Assembly (NCBI GenBank): GCA_951406725.2
Contig: OX597832.1
Coordinates: forward strand, 17,918,001-17,982,000
Reading direction: 5' to 3'
DNA length: 64,000 bases
DNA from: Octopus vulgaris
Lineage: Eukaryota
This document shows, piece after piece, positions 1-13,959 of the stretch. The notes under the pieces were generated by a model that made no database searches, was not told the DNA's origin, and worked only from the letters and a program-made list of their open reading frames with translations. Each line of letters starts with the position of its first letter. Position 1 is the first letter of the stretch. The translations under genes were made by a program, and so were the position numbers.

Positions 1-276
1 TGTATTTTTTCATTATTGCATTTGTATCTCTTTCTGGCCTTGTTTCTATCTACTCCAAATTTATTCATAATTCTGCTATCTGTATCAATCTAGCTTACTT
101 CTATACCACCATTCCTAAGACAACTATATACATGCGTCCGTGCTTATGCACGTACAACACCTATAAGCACACAAGTGCATATACTTTCTTGCATACGTTT
201 ATACAGGACAGAAGTCTATGTCTCTATCTCTCAATCTGTCTCTCCATATATGTGTGTGTGTGAGTGTTCGTGTGTG

Positions 277-337
<61 letters not shown>

Positions 338-470
338 ATATATAAACATATATGTGTACTTATATACACATACATATACACGCGCGTGTGCACACTAGTG
401 TATCTGTAAATATATATATATAGATATGTGAGCCAGTTATGTATATATATTCCACTCTTTCACACTTTCA

Positions 471-514
<44 letters not shown>

Positions 515-1144
515 TAAATCCGTTAATCTTTCTTCTCTGGCCCACTCATTCCTTGTTGACATCAAGTCCTCTCTGCAGACGGCGCTGTGTTGTGCCCTCT
601 GGCTAATCAGTAGCTTCCCTCATTCTACGATGTATCTTTGGAAACGCTGTTGGTTTCTCTTCGTCTAGTCCTCTTCTGAAACAAAAGAGGAAAAATAAAA
701 GAACTCATAAAATAAAAAAAAAACGAAGGAAAACAAATAAATACCCCTCTTTCCAGTTGCCTAGCGGCAGACACTTGGAGGGGAATTTTCAATCTTGCAA
801 GAAAAGTAAGAAAAACACAAGAAAGATTTATCTTTTGTAACAAATTTTTAACAGCTGTTTCCTATTGTGTTGATAGCTTGTGAAATGTTGAGATCAATAC
901 CACAAGATTTTCCTCATCCGTAGTTTGCTAGAAACATTTATATACGTATATACTGGCAGTTATATATAGATGAATATATATATAAATATATAAATATAAA
1001 TACATGCATTCGAAAGTATATACAAGTGTATAGACATCTCAGTGTGCGTGTATTAATAAACACAAAATTGTATATGCATACGTATTTGATATACGTATAC
1101 GTACATATATATATATTTATATATATACTACTATATATATAGTA

Positions 1145-1215
<71 letters not shown>

Positions 1216-1529
1216 TGTATGTATGTATGTATGTATATGAGTATATATTAAATAAACTATTTGGGGGCAGTAAGGAAAGCAAGATATGTGAGGGATACAT
1301 TTGAATCTATTTATTGTAATTAGGCAATTTTTGTTGCTTTACATACAAAACTGCAACAGATGTAGGTCTGTGCGAATTACCTAAGAAATATCACTGCAAA
1401 GCTGTGACCTTATTTCATAGAATTTTCTGAGAAGATACCTGTTATTGTAAAGAGCTGGATTTGTATATATATATATATAGGCGAACATATATGCACTCAT
1501 TACATATATATGCATATATTTTGGTATAT

Positions 1530-2030
1530 ACAAGGATAGGCTGAAAAATTCTTAAGATAACTAGGAAGGAGTAATGCTACGGCTGTCTAATCTTGCTTGC
1601 ATTAATTTGATCTCTGCATTTTAGCTGCATTGTTTCACCTCAGATAAACTGATATCTGATTCTTCAAAAAAACAAAAAAAAACATTCAAGATACCTAGTA
1701 GCGATATTATTTAAAAATCGGCAAAATTTGGCATCGTGGAGTTATGCACCTGTAGAAAAGGTGTGTAATTCCCGAGTACATTAGAAGATAACTCTCCCGC
1801 TATTTCAACAGTGTAATAGTGGGCTGCTGAACTTAGTGAAGCAACAGAGAGTCTTAAATGTGATTGAATGTGTAGAAGTCCTGAAACTACCATCACCAAG
1901 GACAACAGTGATTCTGTTCAAAATGATGGTGATCGATGACGGGTGATTGAATATCAAGTAAAAAGCCAATGAGATTAGTATATCTCGTGAGAAACTTCAG
2001 TATAATCTGTACAAAATATGTGGTTTGACG
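1530..2030 (+). mobile_element. Decayed mariner transposon, 5' part (N-terminal HTH region of transposase)
   Basis: Interrupted translation resembles mariner N-termini: KIWHRGV..LEDNSPAISTV..WAAE..SL....SPETTITKDN..V....ISISRE, with stops and frameshifts. Confidence 0.7.
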
Positions 2031-2049
2031 ATGGTTTTTGCGCGGTGGA

Positions 2050-2242
2050 ATTATTTCACATGAACCCGGTTCTCACTGTAGCATGTTATGTCGATTATCA
2101 TGCATGTACTTTCTTTTTCATTCAATACAAAAAATACCCGGTTTCCTTTGTCTGGTCAAGTGATCGCACTGGATCATTACATCCCACAGGAATTTGCAGT
2201 TCTCATTTTCGGTGACTCCTTCTGGGGTTTGATCATACCACG
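2050..2242 (-). mobile_element. Fragment of R4/Dong-like non-LTR retrotransposon, restriction-like endonuclease region
   Basis: Minus strand reads WYDQTPEGVTENENCKFLWDVMIQCDHLTRQRKPGI / LNEKESTCMIIDITC, matching the WY..P..V.EN...K.LWD..IQ.D.....R.PDI...IIDI motif series of RLE-type LINEs. Confidence 0.75.
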
Positions 2243-2244
2243 TC

Positions 2245-3040
2245 AAAGATGAAAGCTTCTGTCTTCAGTCATTTCAACCTCGTATACCACACTATGTCTT
2301 TCAATATAGCCAACAAACGAAGGAAAGCTGCTTTTCCCTCCCGGTCAAAAGAAGACGGTGAGGCAATCCTCACAATGGACTCTGCTGATAACCGGAGCCG
2401 TCCTATACGTGACAACAGCTGTGCGACAAATCTCCACTGGCCAGTAATGCCAGGACACTGGTAAGTGCATGCAGGACGGTTTCTTCGCCCTGCGCATACC
2501 TCGGACATGTCCGTCTGGCAGCACTTCCGTGTCAGTAGAGTTTCTCTCGAACCGGCAGAGATCCCCGGTAACATTCGCAGGCGAGGGACTTCTAGAAGAT
2601 ATCCAGAAGCTCCAGATAGGAAGTCCTCCAGAAAAGACCAGTTAGTTGATCCCTCTTGAAGCCATGGATTTCCCCAAGTATGTCGTCGCTCTTCCCTCCA
2701 TTAATCACCGATAGAACTCCATGGTGGAACTTCCACCGACCGCGTTGCCCGATTGGCAGAAAGCTGTAAGCGCTTGCCTTCTCTCTAGGTACCAAGCGAA
2801 GGAAGGTTCACTACCCAGCTGGAAGATAAAGGGAAAGACATAGTCCTGCATCAAGGATCTTGTAAAGGTTGACATTGTATCGAACCTTCGACCAATTACG
2901 TGTCGTCCGCTAATGTAGAAACTACAATCAGGTGTTTTGACTGCTTAACTCTGTAGATACTTAGAAAAACGTGGGCTGCTACCGACTGAACTGAAAGCGC
3001 GGAGCCGAAAGGGGAGCTGAGTGACGACAGATCAGCAGTT
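2245..3040 (-). mobile_element. Fragment of L1/Tx1-clade LINE ORF2 C-terminus (zf-RVT-like Cys/His region)
   Basis: GC-richer block. ORF 2269-2574 contains QCPGITGQWRFVAQLLSRIG...LLAILKDIVWYTRLK; an adjacent frame gives TCPRYAQGEETVLHAL (decayed CxxC...ET..H...C). Confidence 0.65.
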
Positions 3041-3385
3041 AATTAATAAACTGTTTATATATTGGAGTTTATATGCACAGAAGTGAGCAAAGAATTAGAT
3101 AAAAGAATATATTCACAAAGTTTGATTAAACAAATATTTATCAACTAAAAAATTGATGCATATGCATGCAAAAATAAGTACAATAAAATACATGCACGTG
3201 TATAAATGCATATATGTAGATATATCAATATATATGTGTGTGTTTGTATATATATATATGTGTGTTTGTGTGTGCGTGTGCATATATTCATATATATACG
3301 CATATATATATACACATATATATTTGAATTAATAAATACAAACATATATATGTTTGTATATAATTATTCATATCTATATGCGAAT

Positions 3386-3425
<40 letters not shown>

Positions 3426-3841
3426 ATATATATATATATATATTTATATGTACTTGGATATATGTATGTATGTGCATGTATATGTGTGACCATATAGCAT
3501 ATATTCATATACACAAACAGAAATATATACACACGCAAAACACACATACATTCATATACCATTGCGCACTTCAGTGTGTTCAGTTATACGTAGAGACAAA
3601 TTTACGCTAGTCTATATTTGTCCAAGAATATTAGTATTTACACATTCTCAATGTCTGGAGCCCGGGTTTCTAGAATCAGACAACAGATGCCATGTGGTGG
3701 CGTTAAGAAGTACCAAAGTTTAACTGTAGATTACCGACAAAAAGGAATGGCTTTCCTTTTGAGCGTTGAGAATTAGCAAGACTTGCATGACAAGATCCAT
3801 CGCACACAACACCCCATTACACCTTTTTAAATATATGTGTC

Positions 3842-3961
<120 letters not shown>

Positions 3962-4165
3962 CATGGGTCTGTGTGTGTATGGATGGATGCTTCTATGTTT
4001 ATATGTACGTATGTACGCATGTATATATGCACGTTTGTATATATGAATTTATGTATGTGAGTAGGTATATATGTGCCTGTATCTACACGTGTCTATGTGA
4101 GTGTATAAATAAATATATATATATATACATATATATGTATATATATGTATATATATATATATATG

Positions 4166-4289
<124 letters not shown>

Positions 4290-4338
4290 ATATGTATATA
4301 TATATATGTATATATGTATATATATATATGTATATATG

Positions 4339-4396
<58 letters not shown>

Positions 4397-4514
4397 CATA
4401 TGTGTCTGTGTGTATGTACGTATGTTCGTATGTGCGTTTGTATATATGCATGTCTGATTATATGAATTTATGTATGTGGGTAGGTATATATGTATGTACA
4501 TGTATCTATACGTA

Positions 4515-4569
<55 letters not shown>

Positions 4570-4971
4570 ATGTGTGTGTGTGTATACATATATACTGAGT
4601 GCATGCATGTATAGGTACCGTTGTATTTAGCAAGACTTAAGGTCGGGTTTACCTGAACAACACCTACATTGCTCTTTTCGTATGTCTGCCTTTGTCATTA
4701 GCTTTCCCTTTATCTTTGCCACTTTACCCTACCACCCCCACCTCACAGTACACCTTTCCATCTCCCTTTATCTTCCACACGCAATCACATATTTCTTTTA
4801 CATGTCCGGCCGTCACTAATGAACTTAGTTGGATAGACGGGATTAGCCTGGCTGGAGTCAAAGGATTTAATTCCTCTCATCATCTTTCTTCACCTCCCTC
4901 TCTCTCTATCTTTGGATATATGTGCACACATACACACACACGCACGTACATACGCACACTAGTATACATAC

Positions 4972-5037
<66 letters not shown>

Positions 5038-5224
5038 GTATGTATATATATATATATATATAAACACACACACACACATATATATATATATAGATATATA
5101 TATACATATATACATATACATCCATATATATATATATGGATGTATATACACAAACATAAACATAATTATATATAGGTATACGCAGATATATACATATAGG
5201 CATAAGTATATATGCATATATATG

Positions 5225-5266
<42 letters not shown>

Positions 5267-5980
5267 CGTATATAAACAAATATACACATACTTATATATA
5301 GGTATACACAGATATATACATATAGGTTTTAGTATGTATGTATGTACGTATACATACGTATATGCTTGTGTTTCCGTGTGTGTGTGCATAGGACACAATT
5401 TTGTTTTTATAGCAATCTGTTAGAAATATCTTATAATCACACAAGCAAGCTCACAGACACTTACATACACACGCACACATATAAAAATGAACACATGTAC
5501 ACATACACAAGAATGCACACACATATACTTACATACACACACTCACACATATATACATATTCATACATATATATATGGAGTCACGCACGTAAAATTTCTA
5601 TATGTACCTGTGAGAGACAGAGAAGGAATGAGCGAGAGGGAGAGAGGGAGATTGAGGGAGAGAGAGTGTGTGTGTATTTCTGTGTGTATCATTGCATGAT
5701 TCTGTACACACCAACCGTTCTCAGAGTCTGTGGTTATACGTATATTTATGTGTATGTGTGTATGCATGTACCATTCTAGGTGTAAATATATTTCAACATA
5801 TGTGTGTATGTGTGCGTGTGTGTTCGAGAGACAGTGATACTTAAAGTACTATATATCTCACCCAAATGAATACTGCCACCGACCGCTCAAATTTTAACCA
5901 TAAGACGGGATGTACATAATCAAAATTCCTTTCATGTGCTGCGCTATATGAACGATATTTAGTCTTAATTTATCTAAGTA

Positions 5981-6740
5981 CAGGCGATTTTGTGTGGCAA
6001 GAAGTTTGCTTCGCAGCCACAATGTTCTGGGTTTGGTTCCTTGGCGTGGCATCGTCGGCAATTGGATGGAAGCACTCCGTCGCTTACGACGACGTGTAAG
6101 TGGCTGAGCATTCCACAGACACGTGTACCCTTAACGTAGTTCTCGGGGATATTCAGCGTGACACAGAGAGTGACAAGGCCAGCCCTTTGAAATACAGGTA
6201 CAACAGAAACAGGAAGTAAGAGTGAGAGAAAGTTGTGGTGAAAGAGTACAGCAGGGATCACCACCATCCCCTGCCGGAGCCTCGTGGAGCTTTTAGGTGT
6301 TTTCGCTCAATAAACACTCACAACGCCCGGTCTGGGAATCGAAACCGCGATCCTACGACCGCGAGTCCGCTGCCCTAACCACTGGGCCATTGCGCCTCCA
6401 CCTTCGGCAATTACCTACTACTGTAGTCGCGATGCGACCAAATTCTTGTGTGCGGAATTGATAGAAGGAAAACGAAAGAAGCTCGCATTATACACACACA
6501 CACACACAAGCACACACATGTATGTGTGTGTGTGCGTCTTTATGCTTTTGTTTGTCTCCCACCACCGACAAGCAACCGGTTCCGGTTCGTTTACCTCTAC
6601 GTATATTAGCGGTTCGCCAAACATTGACCCTAGAATGAGGCTTGAAGAAATATGTTGGATGGATGTCGATTCTTTCGGCCAAACTTTTCAAGGCGTTGCC
6701 CCAGCATTGTCATGTTCTAATGGCTAAAACTTGCATTAGA
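5981..6740 (+). mobile_element. tRNA-derived SINE family A (CORE-like), old copy interrupted by a family D SINE
   Basis: Head (5981-6063), middle (6413-6490) and tail (6525-6740) align with the better-preserved copies at 18786 and 52992. Confidence 0.75.
6064..6400 (-). mobile_element. tRNA-derived SINE family D, nested insertion
   Basis: Minus-strand head has A box TGGCCCAGTGG and B box GGTTTCGATTCC. Flanked by direct repeat TCGGCAATT (6055-6063, 6404-6412). Homologous to 22125-22362 and 63918-64000. Confidence 0.85.
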
Positions 6741-7330
6741 AAAAAGATATCGTTTCCTTAAAAATGCTCCTCAGGGAATTGTAATTTAGAACGTAGGAGA
6801 TGCACCGTCTAAATCTCTGAGAAAGGCGTTACCTTACATGCGTATCTAGTCTTCCATGTTTAATGAATATTCAACGGATCTAATCATAAAATAAGGCCTT
6901 CTCTTCTTCTAAAATTAATCTCGCTTGCAAAAACTGAAAAAAAAAATCCTTCTAAAACAGAAACAGCGATCTTATACAGAAATTTAAAATAAGTATCATA
7001 AAAATAAAAAGAGAAAGTTTAAAATCCTTTTAGAGATATATTCATTTACTCACTCAAATCAAAGTACTCGTGTTATGTTAACAATGTGTAATGTAAAGCC
7101 TCAGAAAATATCTTTGCAATTTCTTATAGAATTTTATCTTTGATAAATATAATGAAACATGAGCAGATGGAGAGCGTAGAGGGATAAAATATGAACGTCG
7201 TTGATAAATCTTAATAAATTCGCTGAAATAATAATATTTAAAAACCTGAAAGAAACCCTAATCACTCCCGAATTATGAAAGCTAAACTAAATGCGATGTC
7301 TTTAACAATATGCATATATATCTATATCTA

Positions 7331-7384
<54 letters not shown>

Positions 7385-7387
<3 letters not shown>

Positions 7388-7720
7388 GGGTAAAGACCCC
7401 ATTCGGTCATGAATGACCATGGGATTGCACCTAGAAAGTTACCCTCCTAGACACAAGTCCGGGCAAGGTTGTTTATGGAAGACCAGCAGTCGCCCATGCA
7501 TACCAGCCTCCTCTCTCCACGCCACAGATGTTATCCAAGGGAAAGACAAAGGTCGATACAGCTTGGCACCAGTGACGTCGCAACTCATTTCTACAGCTGA
7601 GTGAACTGGAGCAACGTGAAATAAAGTGCCTTGCTCAAGAACACAACACGCAGCCCGGTCCGGGATTCGAGCTCACAACCTGACGATCGTAAGCTCGACG
7701 CTCTAACCACTGAGCCATGA
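7385..7720 (-). mobile_element. tRNA-derived SINE family C (CORE-like central domain)
   Basis: Minus strand: TGGCTCAGTGG (A box), AGCTCGAATCC (B box-like), then GTGTTCTTGAGCAAGGCACTT (CORE-like). Flanked by (TA)n and (CA)n. Confidence 0.8.
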
Positions 7721-7737
7721 CACACACACACACATAA

Positions 7738-7768
<31 letters not shown>

Positions 7769-7839
7769 CAGATATATATACAGACACGCACAGACGCAAA
7801 CACACACAAATGTATACAGATAGATATCTATGGTCAACA

Positions 7840-8015
7840 TAGCTTGTAAACCGATGTTCGTCTGCTTACGTCCCTGTATTTTAGCCGTTCGGCAAAAGAG
7901 ACGGTAGAACAAGTGGCAGGCTTGCAAATAATGAGATATGGGGTCAATTTTTTTCGACTACAACACGTCTAGGCGATGCTCCAGCATGACCGAGGTCTAC
8001 TGAGTGAAACAACTA
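7840..8015 (+). mobile_element. Degenerate 3' part of SINE family A
   Basis: Matches 53225-53400 (…gcttg..aaccgatg…ggggtc…tcgacta…gctccagcatg…). Confidence 0.6.
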
Positions 8016-8946
8016 TACATGTCTTTCTATTTGTCTATCGGTTTCCCTTCTTTGAGGTAACCCTTTATTTTTTTCTCTTTTTATTATTCCTTCGTGTTTT
8101 GTTTCTTTAATTCTTTCTTCTACACTTCGTTTTTAGCTACTTCTTTCAATCTCGTCATCCGTCACCCACATCAAATTTCCTCTTAAGATATACAGCAACA
8201 GCAACAACAACAACAACAATAAATAGAATTTAAGAAAGAAATACACAAATAGAAATTAAAAAAAAAAGAAAGAAAACGACACCATAAATAACAGAAAAAA
8301 AGAGAGAAAAAAATGCTGCTACTAAAATCAAATTTCTCTCCACTGTATCTTCCACCGACTTCTTTTCTACGTCTGTTCCTATCTGTCTGTCTACACTTTG
8401 CCTCTGCCTGTCTGTCCGTCTCTCTGTCTCCCTCGCTTTCTTTCCGTCTTTCTCCTCTCCTTCATGTCCTCAACCTAACAGCATCGGCGCTGTTTGAGTG
8501 GCGAGTTACGTGTGTCAAACGATGTCACTCTAATTGGAGGCTGTCTTCGACATCGTTGAAGACGTGTTATTGAGATTTTTGGTTTTCTTTCTTTCTTTAT
8601 ATTTTATTCCCGACCATGCACTAAACTTCGTCCTCATTTTCATTCCCTGTTCCTCGTCTCTCTCGCCTTAGTTCTCAGCTTTGGCCTAAGCCTGTGTCAT
8701 ATAAACCACCGAATGTTGTGTTCTCCGTGTAGCGTAAGGACAGTCCTCCAATACGCCGAATACGAATTTGCTTTTCATTTAAAGCGTTTCAAACGACAAC
8801 TCAATTTATCATTCCAACTTCTCAACCGACCCTAAACACGATTCACACACAAAATTGCCCCGCCATCACCAACTCCATACATGTCTTTCTATCTTTGTTG
8901 CTGTCTCTAACTGAGCCCAGTACATTAATGTACATTTTAAGTTTGC

Positions 8947-9530
<584 letters not shown>

Positions 9531-10609
9531 TGTAGGTTTGCATGTGTGAGTATATATAACATTTCTCACTGCATATTTACATTTTTGACCCTATGTACCT
9601 AAAAGACGTGACACGGTTTTAGACACAAACTGGTAGAGATAGATAAATAGACAGACAGATAGATAGAGAAAGACGGACAGAGAGAGAGAGAGAGAGAAGC
9701 AGAGAAAGCGACAGACAGATAATCAAACACACACACACACACACACAGATAAATACAAAGAGGTTTTGATGTAGAAGCGTTAGAAGTAGCAGAGAGAGGT
9801 CAAAGACGATATGCACAGCGTGGGTCATTGAAGAGTATTTTGTATGCACACTGGTCGTTTACGTGCATGTCTAGAGGTTTGAGCCGTGTGTGAATGAGAG
9901 CGCGACAACGAAATAAAAGCGTATAGAATAATAGTGTTGGTGGGGTGAAGCAGGCAATGTGTATGTTAGTGTTTGTTTCTAGTGTTCGATGTTGTAGTTG
10001 CAATTTACCATATTTATTCGTAAATATTTTAGGAAATTAACATAGAAGTGATTCCTTGTCAACACTGAGAGAGCTACTTCAAGCACGTGGCTGTTTATTT
10101 TCCGAATGTTAAACAGTAGGACAAGTTAAATAAAGGGCCAAAACAATACATTCTGAACTTAAAACAAAATCTCTGTAGGACGTTGGGTGTTGTAGAAGGA
10201 AGATGGTTAGTGTAAAGATACATATGTATGTATTAATGTCTATTTATATGTAAGTACGCACAAATACCTATTTGTACCAAATCAGTTCTTGTATTTTTCG
10301 ATTTCTCTGTAAGAGTCACTCCTGTAGGCATGGGTATATACATGATAAAGAAAAACATTACTTCTACAATTTCACTCAGGTTCTGTGAGTTGTTCAATGC
10401 TATGTGGGCCGAAGAATGAAACAGTCATCCAGGTAGCGTTTCCAGTTAGTATGTAGGTATTTTATGGAAATTTTCTCCAAATGTTCATCTTGAGTGTTCG
10501 TATATTTAGACTTCCAAGTATGCTATGACAAGGTTGGCAAAAGTCGGAACTACCCGCGTTCCCATTGCTGTGCCCGATATTTGTCTATAAGTGTTTTCGT
10601 TTTACGATG

Positions 10610-10785
10610 GCGCCGACGACAACAACGACGTCAATGACAATGATAACGACGACGACGACGACGATGATGATGATGATGACGATGATGATGATGATCGTAC
10701 TGATGACGTTAAAGCTGATCAAAATGATCTTAATCGTTGAACTTAATGTGGATGTTGAACATGATGTTATTGATGATGATGACGG

Positions 10786-10816
<31 letters not shown>

Positions 10817-10986
10817 GATGAGGATGATCATGATCATGATGACGAAGACGACGATGATCATGATGTTGAAGATAATGATGATGATGATGAGGAGGAGGAT
10901 GATGATGATGATGATGACGACGACGACGATGATGATGATGTTGAAGATACTGATGATTATGATGATGATGAAGATGCGGATGATGT

Positions 10987-11017
<31 letters not shown>

Positions 11018-11075
11018 AATGATGATGATGATTATGATGATGACGATGATGATGATGAAGATGATGATGATGACA
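10610..11075. repeat. Imperfect (GAT/GAC)n triplet tract
   Basis: Direct inspection. Confidence 0.9.
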
Positions 11076-11439
11076 AAGAGAAGAAGCAGGACAGGATGTT
11101 GCTGGTGGCGGATATATCGGTGACGCTGCCTGGATATATTATCGGTGGCGCCGGCGGTGATGATGGCCAAACTTAAAATAACAACATGGCTGCATTTCGT
11201 TTCCCAGATTAATTTGTACTTTAGAAATCCATAATAATGTAATTTGCGTGAAAACATGGTTCGCACCATCGTATCCAAAAACACACAAAAACGTTACATT
11301 TTAGACACACACACATGCACGCATACACACACACACACACACAGAGGCACGCACACATGCATGCACACACATATATACAGATTCTCACACACGTACACGT
11401 ATATAATACGGACGCAAATCAGAATAACATCAATAAAAA

Positions 11440-11489
<50 letters not shown>

Positions 11490-11539
11490 GTGTGTATATA
11501 TATGTATATGTATATATATGTATATATATACACACATAA

Positions 11540-11581
<42 letters not shown>

Positions 11582-12091
11582 GTATATTTGTACTTTTTTA
11601 TGAAATTCGGGTGGGGTCAATAAAAATATAATGGATAGAAAATATTTGAAAAAGAAAAAAGTCAAATGATAACGATTGTTCGCATGGGTGGGAAATTGTT
11701 TTAAGTGTGAATTCGAACACCTGTCTGGAGAAGAATGTAAAGAAATAATGTGAAATATAAATGGTAGAAGAGGCTGAACTAAATAACGAATCGTGTCCCC
11801 GTCACCCACATCCACCAATACTTTGTGTCGATAGGGGGCGTATCTGTGGACACTTGATATTGTTTCTGTCAAGAAAGAGAGAGAGAGTTGAGAGGTGAGA
11901 GGTGAACTAGGGAAGTTGCGTGATTGAGTACCGTGATCGTCCTCGCCGACGTTGTCATCATCCTTGTCGGCGCCATCGTAATAGCAGCAGCAGCAGTAGT
12001 AGCAGTAGTAGTAGTAGTAGTAGTAGAAGTAGTAGTAGTAGAAGTAGTCGTAGTAGTAGTAGTAATGGTAGTAGTAGTGGAAGTAGTAGTG

Positions 12092-12148
<57 letters not shown>

Positions 12149-12276
12149 TTTTAAAGGTGTTGTTATAATATTTGTTGTTACTTAGCTCGGGGTCAGCTTT
12201 GAAATCATAAGGACTAAGAGCACATGCGGTCAAGCCATTATAAAGAAGGCTTTATTTTTCAGAGTAGAATATGTGA

Positions 12277-12324
<48 letters not shown>

Positions 12325-12756
12325 CAGAGAGACAGAGAGACAGAGAGACAGAGAGTGTTTATGTGTATGTGTGTGTATATACTAGATGCATTCAAAATTG
12401 AATCGACTTTTGAGCATAAAAGTAACCATTAATTTTGTACATTTCACAGATTTCATTTAAGCACCTAAAAAATATTCCTCTTGAAGGTTCCCACAATCCT
12501 GCTAGAATTCTGGCACAGCTAGTAAAACCTCTGAAACAGCTTCTTTAGAAAGATACGGAGCTCCGCTTTCGCTTATATCACAATTTTCTCTCGCGACTAT
12601 ATTCCCTTTCCTTTCAGCGTGGTCTTCAATTTAGGGAAGAGCCATAAATCACACGGTGCCAAGCCTGGAAGGTAAGGAGAATGTCGAAAAAGCGATGCGT
12701 TCATTATTGACATTATTTACATTTAACGGATATTTTTCCTCCTCTTGTTTGTTGTT

Positions 12757-12802
12757 AGCACAACGTTTCGGCTGATATAGCCTCCAGCCTTCATCAGGTA
12801 TC
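12757..12802 (-). ncRNA. Minimal type I hammerhead ribozyme motif, intact core
   Basis: Minus strand 5'-gatac CTGATGA a GGCTG gaggctatat CAGCC GAAA cg tt gtgct-3': both core boxes, 5-bp stem II, palindromic helix III (ACGT), short stem I. Confidence 0.75.
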
Positions 12803-13026
12803 TTGGGGGAAATTTCGAACCTGGATTATCATTCCTAAGGTATTTTTCGACGATATTATTATTATTATTAAAAATTAACTCCATAATTTCCCACGAGAAT
12901 ATAGTGTAGTCTTTAAGAGCGCGGGCTACTAACCCCAAGATTCCGAGTTCGATTCCATGCAGTGACCTGAATAATAATGATGATGATGATGATGATGATG
13001 ATGATAATAATAACAACAACAACAAC

Positions 13027-13089
<63 letters not shown>

Positions 13090-13139
13090 TACATCGAAAA
13101 ATACCGCAGAAATGAGAACCCAGGTTCGACATTTCCCAT

Positions 13140-13185
13140 GACACCTGATGAAGTCTGGAGGATATATCAGCCGAAAGGTTGGGTT
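13140..13185 (+). ncRNA. Minimal type I hammerhead ribozyme motif, mutated copy
   Basis: gacac CTGATGA a gtctg gaggatatat cagcc GAAA ggtt gggtt. Core boxes are intact, with substitutions in stems I, II and III. Confidence 0.6.
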
Positions 13186-13794
13186 AACAACAAACAAGAT
13201 GAGGACAAATATCCGTCAAATGGAAATAATGTAATTAATGTACATAATTCCTCATCTCTTAAATATAGAACTAAAGCGATGCGTTGTTCTTAACTAGGGA
13301 AGCTTGGTTATGTGGATGAAATCAAAGAAACTGGTCAACATTACATTTGCATTGCCGCGAAACTTCCGTGCTGTTTTGGACCTTATTGATGACGGATGAT
13401 TCCGTTGTAAAGACTGGAAATGGTTTCCCGGGGATTAACAATAAAGGTATGTCTCATCCCCAGTGGTTATGGTTTTCGTATAGTCTAGGTCATCACTTGA
13501 ACAGTCTACCTTGTCCTGAATGATTTCAATGAGGAGCCGCTAGTGCTGCTCCACTAGCCGCTTGAGGATGAATTACACCGATATAATCCGCTGAAGAAAT
13601 CCTCTGTTAAAATAGAATGAACTGATCATGTGTTTATTAACACTTCGGTAAACATTTTCTGGAATGTTACACGGTGGTTATGCATATCTATCCGCCGAAC
13701 CTAGGAAATCAGTTCTTCGTTTTCCTTTTGCACTAAGGCACGGTCAAGTCTGAAGCGATAGTACCTCTCATCGCATTATCACGATGGTTTGAGG

Positions 13795-13959
13795 TACTTA
13801 CATTGTTTACATTATTTACATTATTCACATTTGACGGATAATTGTCCTCATCTTCTTTGTTGTTAATATAACGTTTCGACTGATGTAACCTGCAGCCATC
13901 ATCAAGTGTTTTGGAGAAATTTCGAACCTGGGTTCTCATTGCTAAGTTATTTATCGATG

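Larger units (their letters stand above)
12702..13272 (+). mobile_element. Composite non-autonomous retroelement: inverted partial tail + tRNA-like head + (AAT)n + hammerhead-containing tail, with 13-bp TSD
   Basis: TSD AAAGCGATGCGTT at 12689-12701 and 13273-13285. Arms 12702-12870 and ~13075-13245 are inverted repeats. Pol III A/B box-like motifs at 12902-12956. Confidence 0.8.
12380..13790 (-). mobile_element. Decayed mariner transposon split by a hammerhead-bearing insertion
   Basis: Minus strand gives HSPYLPGLAPCDLWLFPKLK (YSPDLAP.D motif, ~12625-12685) and KTITTGDET (TGDE motif, ~13450-13478) on opposite sides of the 12702-13272 insert. Confidence 0.8.

Noticed and set aside
6745-6780. 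CTGAGGA…GAAAC on the minus strand
   Set aside because: No stem I or stem II pairing; chance match.
8478-8545. Possible miRNA-like hairpin
   Set aside because: Only ~8 contiguous pairs with several G-U pairs and large bulges; no mature sequence that I recognise.
12895-12965. tRNA gene
   Set aside because: No acceptor stem or D arm pairing; it is a SINE-type head. The same applies to the other A/B-box hits in SINE families A-D.
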